Below, one piece after another: positions 49,278 through 62,794 of a stretch of DNA of 64,000 nucleotides. Under the pieces are notes generated by a model. That model saw only the letters and a list, made by a program, of their open reading frames with translations, was not told where the DNA came from and searched no databases. Origin of the DNA: Takakia lepidozioides. Its lineage: Eukaryota; Plantae; Bryophyta. Numbering within the stretch: the stretch's first letter is position 1; each line of letters begins with the position of its first letter. The translations under genes and the position numbers were made by a program. Where the stretch lies: positions 68,944,001 to 69,008,000 of the forward strand of contig CM060732.1 of NCBI GenBank assembly GCA_030704615.1, written 5' to 3'.

Positions 49278-52200
49278 TGAGGAGAAAAAATAAGAGAAGA
49301 AGAGGGGCCGGGTAAGCTACTGCACAGCTTGATCAAACAAATTCAAAGGTGCTGCGGCCATAACAAATGCTTGTACTTGGTGACCCTCATGGGCATACTC
49401 ACGTTGTGGATGATTAGTTGTGTACAGAGAGAATCACATGAGCACATGCAATCACCACTCTTCATGAGATCAACGGGAGCGCGCCATGACTGTCTTCTCT
49501 TCCGCTACGGCGGTTGTGGTGTGTAATTTGGTTATAACTCTGACTGTGCAGTATAGATAATTAGGGTAAAGATGGGGGCCCTCTTTGGTATCAGAGCTTG
49601 TCGTCTTGAGGACTTAGATATTTTTGTTTGAGGCTGTGTGTGTTTGCTCTGTGTGTGATGTTTCTCTATGGCTGGACGTGATCATACCCTGATCCCAGAC
49701 GAACCAGCCATTGGAGACGTCTTGATCTGTTTTAGCCAGCGTGCTGGAAATTTGCATTCTGAACCTAGGCTCTACTTCTTAGATGCTCTTTTTCGAAATG
49801 TTGGGGCACACTAAGAGTACATGCAAACGAAAGATGGAGCAAGAAGGTGTAGGTTCTCTTGGAACTCACTTTGTGGAAGTCTATTGTGAGGATGAAGACG
49901 AAGTTCTGGCAGAAATGACTGCCTTGATGAGGGAGAATGATGTGAATGAGGTCAGATTGCCCAGAAACCGAACATCTATGCCACTGCCAGCTCATGTCAA
50001 TCCTGGAAGGGTTTCTGAATCTACACAGGAGGAGAGTGAAGGCACTACTAGAGCCATACCTGATGGATCTGCCCCATGCATACCGAGAGGAGTGGAGGTG
50101 GGCACCAAGTCCCGAATACTCAGTCACTTTTACAAAGCAAGAATCTCACATTCTCCAATGGATTTGATAATAACGGTGCCCGGGGAGTTGGAAAAGTTAA
50201 AGGGCTTAGTCAGGAGTTGGAAAAGTTAAAGGGCTTAGTCGGTGGTGGAAGGGCCATGCACCAACAAAAGGAGACCAATAACGTTGTAATTCCAACCAAC
50301 GGCCGTGCAGGAATTAAGCAAGTCAGATCTGTTACCAAGGCCAACTTTCAGAAAGGGGTCGGTTCTGATATCTCTTATGTCTACACTGGAAGAGTAAGGG
50401 CACTACACGCCATGGTGACCATAGGAGAGCATTAAGTACTTGGATAGGTAGACACAGGTATCATGCTCTCAGTGATATCTGCCAGCACTGTGCGAGACCT
50501 AGGGCTCATGGGGTCAGTTATGCGTGACAAAGATGTCATATATCGTGTTGCTTCTGGAGATGTAGAAACAGCCATGGGGAAGCTTGAAGATTTGAAGGTG
50601 ACTGTAGGGGAATTAACAAACCGGCTCTCTTTCATGGTGGTTGATACGGATACCTACCACATGTTACTTGGTTTGGATTTCCTGAAGAAATTTGGTGCAG
50701 TTGTTGACACAGAAACAGAGACCATGAGGATATACTATGGTCCGGGGAAGGCAGTAGCACACTTTCCTCTACATACCATTAATCAGATCAGCCATGAGGA
50801 TGAGAACATGGAGGGAAATACTGTTGTAGTATCTGACTTATGCGGATGTAAAGGCTGCAGGCATGAAGGGATAATGACTGTCACAACTGCAGCACAATTT
50901 CTTGAACCCTTTGAAGAAGATGAAAGCAATGACGAAGGGAAAGAGGCTGCTGAATCAGATATTGATGATTGGCACAGTGCCTCTGGGGAAGACGTACCTG
51001 AAGAGGTGGAGATGCATGACCAAGAGGCTGAAGTGTGGGAGACCATCAAAACAATGGAAGAACATGAGGAGGTGCTTAGTGATCAAGGCTTGGCGGAACT
51101 GATCTCTGAGGAAGGTCCCAAAGGAATGGCATCCTCTGGTATTTGCAGGATTGGGTGTCTCAGTTTTTGTGTAACATGGCAGTTTCTGTAGTGACCTCCC
51201 TCCATGGTTTTACCCATATTTGTCCATCAACTCAATATTTCATCTAGATTTATATGGTATAGGATTTCTAACTACAATAGGTATGTGTACCAATTGTTAG
51301 ATTGCAAAAACAATCATGTACCACAGAGCCATGGACTTTTAAAGTTGATTACTGTGGAGTGCAGATGTTACACATAAAATCTTATGGACTGAAAAAACAT
51401 CATGTACACTCATACACTGGCACAAAGGAAAACACACTAGGCCATTTTTAAATCCAACCCATATCCACTTTTATATGAACTAGTTGTCTTAGGAATTGAG
51501 AGCTATGGACTATTTTGCGCATAAAAACAGGTTGATTTGCTCTAGTCCATAACATCTTATGTTTTGGGTTTTTGAGTTGTCGTCTTTTACTAAAAATGCA
51601 TACAAACCTATAATCTAGAGATGCCAGGTAGTATATGGACAAGTGGTTGTAAGCTCTAGATTTTGACGTTTAAATGTTTTTTCAAATTAAAGATTAAAAT
51701 ATCTAGTAAAGAATGTTTTCAATATTTGAGAAGGAACTATTTACTAAAACTGTTATGTATACTACTATCTATCTTTAAAAAATAAACTGAAAGCAATAGA
51801 CTCAACAAAAAAAAAAATCCATGGACTCAACATGTGCCGCTTTTGATCTACCCAATCCTGCAACTGCCCACTGCCCCCTCCATGATTCATGAGGCATACG
51901 CCAAAGCATAGGAAGGAGAGTTGGCAAACACCAATGCTGAAATCGATGATGACTATCACGATTGGAACTTGGTGACTACCAGTGAGGAAATGAGTCGCAT
52001 ACTGGCTCATGTACACAATATAGACGTTGCTGCAATGACTGCCAGCAGTGAGAAAGAAGCTCGCTGGAACAGCCTAAGGGCCAGGATTACCATCAATCCA
52101 GAGGTAACTGAAAACCAGAAGAGAGAACTAGAATCGTTGCTTATGAGACCAAGGTTGTTTTGCCCTTAGCAAGTCTGATTTGGGTTTTTGTTCTGTTGTT

Positions 52201-52432
52201 AAACACGTGATTGACACACAGGGATTTTCTCTGTGTCGTAGTCAGCCTGGTCGTTTATCTGAGTGGGAAGAAGGTGAGGTACAGAGGTAGATTGAAGCAT
52301 TGATTGCCATAGGTAAAATGAGAGAGCGCCGTTCGGAGTTCTCCTGCCATGTTACTCTTCCACTAAAAAAGGATGGGTCCAAGCGTTTTTGTGGGGATTA
52401 CCGCCCCTTGAACCTTCTCACTAGAAGAGACT
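49278..52432 (+). mobile_element. Ty3/Gypsy element (5' part), gag largely deleted, RT cut by CACTA insertion
   Basis: Candidate LTR TGAGG(49278)...CCCTC. PBS TGGTATCAGAGC (tRNAiMet) at 49586-49597. Knuckle remnant GHTKSTC; protease VDTG...MLLGLDFL; RT start KKDGSKRFCGDYRPLNLLTRRD. Confidence 0.85.
51129..51881. mobile_element. 753-bp AT-rich non-autonomous insertion with subterminal inverted repeats
   Basis: TTGCAGGATTGGGT (51143-51156) and ACCCAATCCTGCAA (51850-51863). ATG is duplicated at both flanks, and excision restores the Gypsy frame EEGPKGM-IHEAYAKA. Confidence 0.75.
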
Positions 52433-52860
52433 CACTACAACAGATGAGCGTTTTTATGACTACACATATGACTATTTTTTCAGTCCTATATGCGTTCATG
52501 ACTACATCACTCTGCAGTGAAAAAAACCCTGTCATAACGACTAGTCTTTAGGACTGCGTTTTGCAAGTCATAGCCGTGACTGTGTGCGTGGCACCTGGAG
52601 TCAAGCTGCAGAGAGCGATGTAGTCACAACTATATGATTTATATATGATTAACTATATGACTACATGTCTACAAAGTATATGATTCCATTGGAGAGGCGT
52701 CAGAGGGACACATGTAGCACTCCAGATGTGATACGTGTCCACATGGACAACATATATGATCTACACGTGGGAAAGAATATCGTATCATATAATGCCATGA
52801 TGCCATGATGTAGTCATGAGTATATAACTTCATGACTAAAGAGGTTTTTTAATAATATTT
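52433..52860 (+). mobile_element. CACTA (En/Spm) terminus with subterminal repeats; other end not in window
   Basis: CACTACAA begins exactly where the Gypsy RT homology stops. It is followed by many ATGACTA/TAGTCAT motifs in both orientations and then an AT-rich tract. Confidence 0.8.
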
Positions 52861-53336
52861 TAATTTAATAAATTAAATCATACAATTATAATATTTAGAT
52901 TATTAATTGATTTAAATTCTCATTAGGTTTCTAGGTTCATAGAATGGAAGCCATTGTTGTCTTTTATTTTTATTTTTATTTTTTTGTTAACAAAGAGGGA
53001 CAGTGGGGGGACAATGGCCTCCATAACTTTATAGGTAATGGACATAAAATGTCCTTAGATACAAAGAGGAAAAAATAACCTCTGGATAGAGTGCCATAGA
53101 GGCTGAAAGAGGAAGACACAGCTTCGCGTACCAAGACAAGAAAGAGTAGTAAGAAGGAAAGCAAGTAAAGAAGGGGGTCTGCATAGAGTTAAAGAGTCTA
53201 GCAGGAAAAGAGACTGCGGCCAGAAACTACTGCCATAACTTGGAAACAGAAAGGCACCGAGCTGAGGAGAAGAACTGAAAATCAGCTAACACTGTCATAA
53301 GAAAGCTGGGCCCTAGCCTTTCACTTCCTAAAGGAT

Positions 53337-54249
53337 CTACAGATGGAGAGACATCCCTGCAGGGGTCGTGCTCTTCAGCTCAAAACCAACCAATTGATCA
53401 TCTACCCATGCAAGTTTCTTGTAGCTATCCTTCCACAGGGAATCATAGGTAATCTGGAGATTGAAATCCGGCCCTCTTGGATGAATCTGGACCTACACTC
53501 TATCCCTGCTCCTTCATATATCCTTGCCTCTGCACAAATCATGCATACATCATTGCCTTACTGCTAGCAGCTGACAATGACAGCCTATAAGTATTCCAAC
53601 AAACACCCCAACCCTACTTATCACACTAGTTCCTATGCTGACTTTGCATCTGCTTCCAACAGGAAATTACCTTTTTGCCTGGATTGTTCCACCATTGACT
53701 GGGGTCGGAAACATATTCATTCCAGAGCTTCTCCTCGTCTCTATTAACTGTTTTTCGATACTTTCCTGTCTCCAAAACCTCCATCCCGCGCCCTTGCTGT
53801 GCATATCGTGCAAGCATCGCGTTCCACGACACCACATCTTGTTCAGCCATAGTGTTGAAGGCTCTCTCCGCATCCTCAATGCTCCCACATTTGGCATACA
53901 TGTCCACGAGGTATTGTTCAAAATCACACATGGTACAATTCCAGCTTTGGTGATGCAACCATGCACCTCTTTGCCCTTTTCCCGGGCTGCCAGGCTTGCA
54001 CACGCACTACAAACACACACTAAAATGATGTGGTCGAGCTTCACCCCTTTCCCCATCATTTGCTTATAGGTATCCAAAGCCTCCATCCTGTTGTGCATAC
54101 CCTGTAAGCATCGCACTCCACGACACCACATCTCGTTTAGCCATAGTGTTGAACACTCCCTTGACATTGGCATATATGTCCAGAACTAGGGGAAAGTATT
54201 CATTCCACAGCTTCTCCTCATCTCTGTTACCTCTTTTGGATACTTTCAT
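53337..54249 (-). pseudogene. Chimeric PLS-PPR / OSB-type PDF-motif gene
   Basis: PPR motifs (YLVDMYAKCGSIEDAERAF, DVVSWNAMLARYAQQG) run in frame into EEKLWNEYVSDPSQWWNNPGKK. A phase-0 GT-AG intron (53487-53670) follows, then IHPRGPDFNLQITYDSLWKDSYKKLAWVDDQL...*. The upstream part is frameshifted. Confidence 0.75.
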
Positions 54250-54578
54250 GTTGTCACATTGGCAGTATCATGTCAAAGTCACTCCAAACTATCCCAGGTT
54301 CACTCAACCAACTAACTTGCAGAATTCAACATGAAAATTTAGGGCCGATTCTGATAAGAGGGAAAAACAGGGTGAAATGTGTTGAAAAAGGTGTCTTTAT
54401 TAGCAGACCATTTTCTCGTCACTACAAAACTAGCCATCCAACACCCCGTTGGCATGCTGATAGTTGATCAGGTGAACTGCATTGCAGCCAGGTTGACTGC
54501 AAATGACAACATACAACATGTCTCGGTAGAATTAAAATCAGGCCCTAGATAAGCCTTTGTGTCCTCACCACCAGGTTA

Positions 54579-54917
<339 letters not shown>

Positions 54918-55149
54918 CTACGCTCACAAGCGTCCCCGAGGAGCTCAGCTTGGTCATAGCAGGCCGTGTTTCAATCTCTGCCTGCTCAGTTGCACCGTGG
55001 TGGTTCGATCTCACATACCAATCCGACATTACCTGACTACAGATACAAGCAGCACACACAAGAGGTCCTTTTGGGTTGATGGTCGATCAAATCCTCCATG
55101 GGTCATGACACAAGGTAAAGGAATGTGGTGAGGATACCTTCTTCTTCGA

Positions 55150-55678
55150 CCTATTTCAGCCTGTTTTGCCCTCTCATCAGACTCGGCCCTGAGATGCATA
55201 TTGAATTTTGTAAGTTAGCTCGGTGGGTGGATCTGTGGTTGTTTAGAGTGACTTTGACAAGTTGTTGCCGATGTGGCAACATGAAAGTATCCAAAAACAG
55301 GTAACAGAGATGAGGAGAAGCTTTGGAATGAACACTTTTCCGACCCCAGTCAATGGCGGGACAATGGAGACAAAAAGGTGAGTGCATGTTGGACTACACT
55401 AGAGAGAAGTAGATGCAATTTAGAATTAGAACTACTGTAATAATTAGGGTTGGGGTTTGCTGGAAGAACTTCACGCCGTCAGTGTCAGCTGCTAGCAGCA
55501 AGTATTCATGATTTGTACACAGACAGGGATAGCTGAAGGACCAGGGATAGAGGTCCAGGTTCATCCAAGAGGGCCGGATTTCAAACACAATATTAGTTCT
55601 GATTCCCTGTGGATCAATAGCTACAAGAAATCTGCCAGAACTAACAGACTGAAAAGACTGAAAACAAGCTTACCATGA
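55150..55678 (+). pseudogene. Inverted second copy of the OSB PDF-motif module (no PPR)
   Basis: GNRDEEKLWNEHFSDPSQWRDNGDKK | intron 55378-55558 | VHPRGPDFKHNISSDSLWINSYKK. The upstream flank mirrors ~54190-54380. Confidence 0.8.
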
Positions 55679-55679
55679 T

Positions 55680-57236
55680 GGTGGAGGAATGCACAGAATC
55701 ACGTGAGGATGCCGGAATGTACACATATACATTGGTGTTGTCCATTGCTGTCTACAGATCAACAGGAAAATGCCAAAAGACTCCATGTGCTGTACTCTGA
55801 TATAATGTGCAAAGATGTTACACAGTTCGAATTGAGCAATGAGACCGTCCTTGGGAGCCCTGCTATGAGCAACACACAATGAGGAGGTTGAGGCAATAAG
55901 GTCGAGTTTGTTTAAGTGTGCCCGAGTAAACAGAAAAGCTTAGGGGTCATACATGCTCAAGCGAGTCCTTGAGACCATTCTCACTTGAAAAGCTACGCTA
56001 ACAGGCAGATTGACCAATTTTGCACTCAAACTTTCTTTCTTTCCTAACCTGTGTGACGATGCATTAATTTGTCTGAATGGCTGCAGGTGTCATATGTCAC
56101 AAACCCAAGCATGTATTCCATTGGCTGCCACCACCACACTGCCACAAGTTTACTTGGCAAGTTAGACAGAAGGATTGGCTGATTGTGCACTCAAAACTGT
56201 CCTAGCTTGTGTGATGATACTTGAAACTGAGTCTGAATGGCTGCAAGAGGCAGATGTCGCAAACTCAAGCATGTCGTCCAATTGGTTGATGGCAGAATAC
56301 AATTTGTACTTCATGGTAGTGCCTTGTGGTGATTATGTATAAAGTAGCCTCACAGCCTAAGTTACTGGGAGGATATTGGTGTCCTTACTCTACCCAGGTG
56401 AAGTAATAGCCATACGTGCACTACATGTCAGTACCTTTTGGTAGCAAGACCGTGTTGAACCCTCGGATAGGTCTTCTGCAACCAATCCTAAGGAGGAATT
56501 TGGCAAACTTTCTATCCTACACGCTGCTGAAACTTTCTTATTCAAAACCTGAAGACTTACATCAGTGCTTTTCCTCATGGCACCGGTTGAGCATCAGCTG
56601 CAGAGCCTGTGCTCCCTCCACTCTGTCAAATGTCACACAGAAAAGCTGTCACCAGGCGTCAAACTTGCATTTGAAGGTCCACCTGCGTGCCCATAAGGTG
56701 CAGTATGATGCATGTTGCCACTCGAAAGGATTATTGGCACACTAATCCAAACCATATCCAGCAGACTCACTCTCTGCCACCAGAGCCCCTCCTGTGCACT
56801 AGGAAGACCAGCTGCGTCCCACACCCTTTCTGCCACTGTCTCCACAGCAATTGCAATACCCTTTTCACACTCGCCTTTGCCAAGTAGAGGCCCAATCCTC
56901 CTTCTCAGCACTACTGGCAGCAATGACCTTTGCGAACCCCACACCCTATCCCTATCCAAAGTTGTCTCAAGAGTCCAACCTATCTCCACCTCCAGCTTCT
57001 TATCTGAGCACTAGGAGCAACAACAGGCTGTTACTGCTGACTTTCTTGTCCATGTTCCAGTAACTATAAAACTTCCCCACAAACACTGCAGAGGAGACAG
57101 CAGGATGGCCAAGTGCCTCCACATTGACCACAGTCACCTCTGTCCCCGTGTGGTAGCGCAGTACATCAATGACCATGTTGACTCGCTCCAGCAGCCCACG
57201 GCTCAGCACACCAGCCTGGTCAGATACCCAACGCAT
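55680..57236 (-). pseudogene. TPM-domain (YgcG/TLP18.3-like) membrane protein with CxxC-rich tail, pseudogene
   Basis: WVSDQAGVLS...TGTEVTVVNV...YWNMDKK...LLLLLVL[fs]DKKLEVEIGWTLE...GPLLGKGECEKGIAIAVE, then a hydrophobic segment and duplicated WVCDI(C)-like motifs. No introns seen. Confidence 0.7.
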
Positions 57237-57409
57237 CGTCTCCTCTCCTCCTCCTCTTTACCTTCCTGCATCATTTTCTCAAGAGTAGGAAGGTCTGCAA
57301 AGCCTCCATCCCACGCCCTTGCATACATGACACAACATCAAATAGATGGTGAAACGCAGGAGACAAAAAAGCCTAAGTCCCAGCCCGATGTAAAGTTCGG
57401 CGGTGTAAT

Positions 57410-57490
57410 CTTAAACCGTTAGATCTTATACAATCTAGACCGTTAGATCTTAAATAATCTAGACTGTTAGATCCTGTAAAATCTAACGAT
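57410..57490. repeat. Short tandem motif (ACCGTTAGATC)x3
   Basis: AACCGTTAGATCT, GACCGTTAGATCT and GACTGTTAGATCC at ~23-bp spacing. Confidence 0.7.
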
Positions 57491-57571
57491 TCAAAATAAT
57501 TTCCATCACATGATCTAGCCTTGTACAACCATGACCATTGCGTATTTTAATCTCATATATCTTGCTATGCT

Positions 57572-58554
57572 TGTTAAGCCACGTCCATCCAGGTCCAATT
57601 TATTGAACAGATATCAAATCGTGTCGCGCGGCTTTTACTCACCCATCCCTTCGCTATCCGAGGTGGGAACTCCAAGATAGAAGAGTTGGAAATCTCTAAG
57701 CACTCAGCCCGCTCAGAACAATCAGTCATGACCTACAGCTAGTGTATCATGGGGGTGTTTCCTATTTGTACTCCTTCCCGCATTCATGTTAGCGAGTTAC
57801 CTTACTATCTGCAATTAAGTATCAGTTTGCTTCAGAAATCTATCATTCCATCCATTCATTCCACTTCACTCAGGTCTCTCTACACAGTGTGAGTATGAAG
57901 TATGTATCAGATTAATATCTATCAAGTATCAGGCTGAAGCCATGGTGTCTCTATTCTGCTCTACATTACAACTCTACTTCTTGCATTCATGTATCAACAG
58001 ATCGTTTTCCTCCTACTCCGTGCTCTCCCTCTTTCTGCTCAGAGATGCGCTCTCCGCTTCATTTCCAAGTCGTGATCCCCCCTCCTTCCAGAAGTGATCC
58101 TCCCCCCAGAAGTGATGATTTTTCAGTCCTCGCTCCTGGCTTTATCTTCCTACCCGTTGTTTTAACCGTTTCCTCACTAACCGTCATCCGTGAACTAACA
58201 TGTTCCATTCGCATGTTGTTCCCCACAGTCGTTCCCTGTCCTGCTATCCGTTCCCTATGGTCGTGACAGCTGTGTCAAGCTGTGACTGGCTGTGTGAAAC
58301 TGTGATGGCTGTGCTGTGAACTGTGTTGGCTGTGTGGACTGTGACGAACTGTGCTGTGTGGCTGTGACGGGCTGTCTGTGATGGCTGTGCTGTTGTCCTG
58401 TGACGGGCCCTTGTTGGCTGTGACGGGCTGTGTAACCCCCCCTAAAGTGCGCTGCTGTCACCCCTAAGGCTCCTGTTGGTCTCAGTCTGTGCAAAAATTA
58501 AGGGTACCCCACAGATCCCGTAAAAGTGCCTAAGTCCCAGACAGCCCTCTAACA
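57572..58554 (-). repeat. Gypsy 3' LTR (~983 bp), containing a TCACAGCC-type array (58260-58430)
   Basis: TGTTA...TAACA termini after the PPT. The partner LTR is outside the window, so the distal end is inferred. Confidence 0.65.
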
Positions 58555-58606
58555 TTACCCCTTTCCCCTCTCAAAAAGCCGTGTCCTCACGGTTTACTGT
58601 TTGGGA

Positions 58607-61600
58607 TTAGCAACCTTTGTGAGCGAGCACCCTTCTGACGTTGAGAGTCTCGTGAAGGACTCTGTGTGCGAGCCCGAGTCTGTCACTGGTTGACGGAGAT
58701 GATTGAACACTACCTGGATATGTCAGTCCCTCTGGAGGCTGATATCGAGGTAATCTTTCAGGCATAGGAGACCCCCGTCGCTTCTTCTCTGCCATCTGAA
58801 TTGCATAGTCCTCTGCCATGTCAAAAGAGTCCGCTGAAGAAACAGTTGTATCAGAATCCTCATCGCCTCTCAGGTGTTTTAACGGTCGAACTCTAACTGG
58901 AATTCTCTCCGGGGCATACAATGTTGTCCCACCATGTCTGGAAGTTTAAACTGTAAAACTTGTTGTAAGCGCTGAATTGCAAAATTGGTGAAGACCCTGA
59001 GCTCCTTGTCTGTCCAGGTGAGTGGGGTACCAATGACTTGTGAATTGTGCAAGTATTTCCATGCCTCATGTCCCTTAAAGAAAATATCGTCAGGGCCGAA
59101 TTTCTGTGTTGACAAATTGTTCCAGGCCATGAAACCATGAACGAATCTGAGAATCCTTTTGCATCATAACTTTTGCCTCATATAGGTACATATGAGGTGG
59201 CACTGAAGGTAAGACCCAATGATCCCCACTGGAATAACTCAGAAAGCGCGTTTGCATCTTCTGCTGCTCAATGTGATAACGTACCAGAAAACAAGCAGCG
59301 TAGTATAACCCGCAGCCCATGACAATACTTGCTACCTCTTTGGTCTTGGTATAAATGAATCCATGTACAACTTGGAAGGCAATTAATTCCTTCAACATGG
59401 TACTTGCCTCATGCCAGTACTGCGCAAAGTGATGATCCTCAATTGGTCGATTGTTCGGAAGAACTTTAGTCCTAGTTGCCACTGGCAGCCAAATGCGCAT
59501 GATTTGATAGTAATGTGCCAACGACTGCGGAGGACTAAATTCCTTCCAAGCCAAATCCAACACAATGGGAATTTGGTTGAAGGGCATAATCATAGCCCGA
59601 CTGTACTCCCGTGCAGCAGGAGTTTTAGGTGGGTTAAAAGCAGCATTCCCCCCATACCTCAGGCTGTGGTGGCTGTGGTGTGGCTTAGTAACAACAGGGT
59701 CAGCTACTGGCACAGTGACTTGTTGTGGTGTTGGTGGCACTGGCTCTTGTACCATTGGCATCTCCTGCACCCCTGCGAAGAAGACTGAAAGCCAAAGTTC
59801 TGCTTGTAAATAAGCCATTAGCTGTTCCTCAGGTACAAGACTCTCTTGTCGATATTTGAAGTGAGGTCCTCCACCTGAGTCTGCAGGCCGTCTACATCCT
59901 CCTGTAACTCCGCTATCCTACTATAGACATTGTCTATAGTAGTTGTGGCAATGTTCTGCACTTGCAGTCTGAGCTCATTCATCTCGCTTTGGGTGAGCTT
60001 TCGTGGTGCTTTGCCCTCCACCGGCCCTTGTGCTAACCAGACCTGCATAAGGTGGTTATCCACCAAGTTGCTTGTGGCACCCCTGAGAGTCTGCTCCTCT
60101 GTGAGCCTGTACACATCTATCTGCTGCTGTAAAGCCTCCATGCGCTTCGCATGAGGTTCAACCAAACTCGCATAGGCAGCAGCCAGATTATTGGCTTCCT
60201 TCCAAGCCTTGTTAGCCACAGAGTTTCATTTCTATTACCATGACGTTTGTTGCAACTCCAGGATGTACCTCTCTTGGTCAGCTTCAACCTGCCTGTATTG
60301 CTTGAAAGTATTCTCATTGCGACAGATTGTATTCTTCATATCGACAATGAGTTTCGCTTGCTCGACATTCTCTGCCTCTGCCTTCGTACATCTTTCCGCT
60401 TGACTGTTATTTCTATTGTAGTTGGTCAAGCGTAGTTGTGAGTGTAGCACATTGTATGGCCATCCTGTCATGCACTGTCTGCAACTCCGTATGTAGTGCA
60501 TTCACTTCTTGCAACTTGCTTTCATGCTTCACCTGCATTTGGTATAGCTGTTGCTTATGTGCTTCGTGCAACTGGTCTTGCGCGAGGCCTGCCTCAATCA
60601 ATTGTTCCTTGGCCAATTGCAAAGCAGCTTTTGTACTCTCTAAGTCTTGCTGTATCTTGAGAGTGACCTCCTCATCGACCTTGTTTGCACACTCAGTGGC
60701 AAGTCGCCTCAAACTCCTTCCTGAGTTCCTCCCTCAAAGCTGCCAATTGGGTAGTTGGAACATGGGATTTGACATAAGTGCCCAACAAATTAAGTGTCCT
60801 GCTTATGGAACTCATAAGCATGGCCTGTTGAGGGTCATCATGGTGAGCTTGCTGCTGTTCTCCCTGATCCTCAACAGTGTGATGCCTCACGAACCATTCA
60901 GGCCATTGCCCCACCAGATTTTCTTCCTGAACCACTTCATCCGTCACAGTGCTGCAGTGTCTTGACATTCTACCTGTGGTACCTCCGTCACAGGTGTGTG
61001 TATTATATGCACCGCAGGGTTTCCCCTGGACAACCTGCACCTCCGGAATCACTGTTTCCCTGACCAGACCAGAATTTCATAGAGAAGGTCCCCCTTCTCA
61101 ATTTCTGCCACCACCTGTTCTGTAGTGGGGATATCTAACCCTTCTTTCTCCAAATCAATTATTTCTGGTGGAACTGCATGGACAACTTGTGGTAACTCTG
61201 TGACAAGCCGATCATCTGGCTGTGATGGCTGTGATACTGAAGTAACTTCCTCTTCCCTCTCTGAAGGTCCTGCTTCCAATAATAGCAGCTCTCTGTGCTG
61301 CTGTGCCCTTCCTGCACAAGAGCTTGGGAAACATTATCATGCGGTTTCGTGAAGCCAGTGGATCCGCCACTACAGTCTTTCCCCGCCTCTGTCTCTTAGA
61401 CTGGGGTTGCCCTGCCAGTCCACCCTCACTGTGTGAAGAGCCTTGCTCTTCCATTGCAGTGGTTTCGGTCTCAAACACTCCCATCTCCTTTCTTTCCCGA
61501 GCATCAAGTATGCAAGAATCAAGAATTATTTGAGCAATGATTGGGCCAGACACTATGATAGGAGACTTTGCGGCAGTGCCCTGTAATCTTTTCATCTCCT

Positions 61601-62130
61601 CTACCAGTGCGTTGTACATTATGTCCGCCCATGCTACCTCTTCCTCTCAGGGCTTTGAGTATTTCCTCTGTGAAGGATCTGCTCAAATACTGTTGGTTCT
61701 GTTTCATGGCAAACAGAACGTTCAATACCTGGCCTACCTCCCTTAGCCCTGGGTACACGGCCTTGGTACAAGCATAACCCTGAGTTTTAAAGAAACTCCC
61801 TTCTTGGAATAAGTCCCCTATTTGCAGTCTTGCCCTGTGCTCCTCCACATGCACCTGACCTGATGGCAATTCAAACAATTGCTGTAGGTATAGGGGAGTA
61901 ATTTCTAATTCAACTCCCTTCACCGTTGTTGCTCCTGTCCTAGGCTCAAAGTTCTGCAAGAATTGTAACATGTACTGCCTATGGTGCAATGTCCAATCTT
62001 TGCTTTGCAATCCTTCTAATCGCAGCTCCTTCAGTAACTGTACCGCCTGTGGAGTAGCAATCGTTTGTTTCTGCAGGATTGTGGTGCTCTTCACCCTGAT
62101 TTCTTCCATTCCTCTCACTCTTCATTCTAG
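58607..62130 (-). pseudogene. Large extra (env-position) ORF of the Gypsy element, ~1150 aa, frameshifted
   Basis: About ten abutting or overlapping same-strand ORF pieces between integrase and PPT. They give a globular N-domain (LQFLQNFEPRTGATTVKGVELEITPLYLQQLFELP...VAWADIMYNAL), a long coiled coil, and a Trp/Tyr-rich C-domain. Confidence 0.75.
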
Positions 62131-62794
62131 ACCCACAGAAAGGTTTTGGCTGTAACAATTGAAGAAATGCCTGCAGGGCACAAAGCATAAACGTATGGTT
62201 GCCACAAAAGCTATGGGTAATTTCTTGTAAGCCTGCGGGGCTTGCAAGCATCGATTAAGAGAAAGATACTCTCTGTTCTTCTATCCCTGCCACTGCGTAA
62301 GTAGTTCGAGCGTATAGTCTGTTAGTTCCTCCATAGCTTCAAAGCTATAGCATTGATGGTTGTCCCGTCGAGACGCCCGTTACTTGGAACGACGCCGACT
62401 CTTGCGCTTAAAATCCCTCCAATTTCTTGATCCTGCTTCTGGCTTTGATTGGCTGTAACTGCTGTGACTGGATTTTAGATTTAATTTCCTTCCAGGATTT
62501 CCCTCTGGACTGTCCACTAGGATAGCACATGTGACATGATTTCGCTTTTCGTACTTGGGTTCCGTTACCCTTTCCCCGTATGCATTAATGGGCCCATAAT
62601 AATTAATGTGCCGGGTAGGTACTTTGACGGCCATTTTGTCTTTTTCCTTGATGACAGTCGCCCTTGCAATCCATGTCCGGCTGTGTGTCTCGCCCTGACG
62701 TCCACGTGTCCATTTTAAACTGCTTTTCCACTTTTCCGCCGGCCATTCCGGATGTTAACCCACGTCCACCTGTCACTGATCTATGGATTGTGTA

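Noticed and set aside
54420-54429. Second CACTACAAAA as a CACTA terminus
   Set aside because: No subterminal repeats and no partner end; may be chance.
58436-58446. G7 run as the Gypsy PPT
   Set aside because: A better PPT followed by TGTTAG exists at 58558-58572, so this run lies inside the LTR.
59814-59822. TAATG stop-start coupling between two extra-ORF pieces
   Set aside because: An alternative frame (SLVPEEQLMAY) reads through, so a decay frameshift is the simpler explanation.
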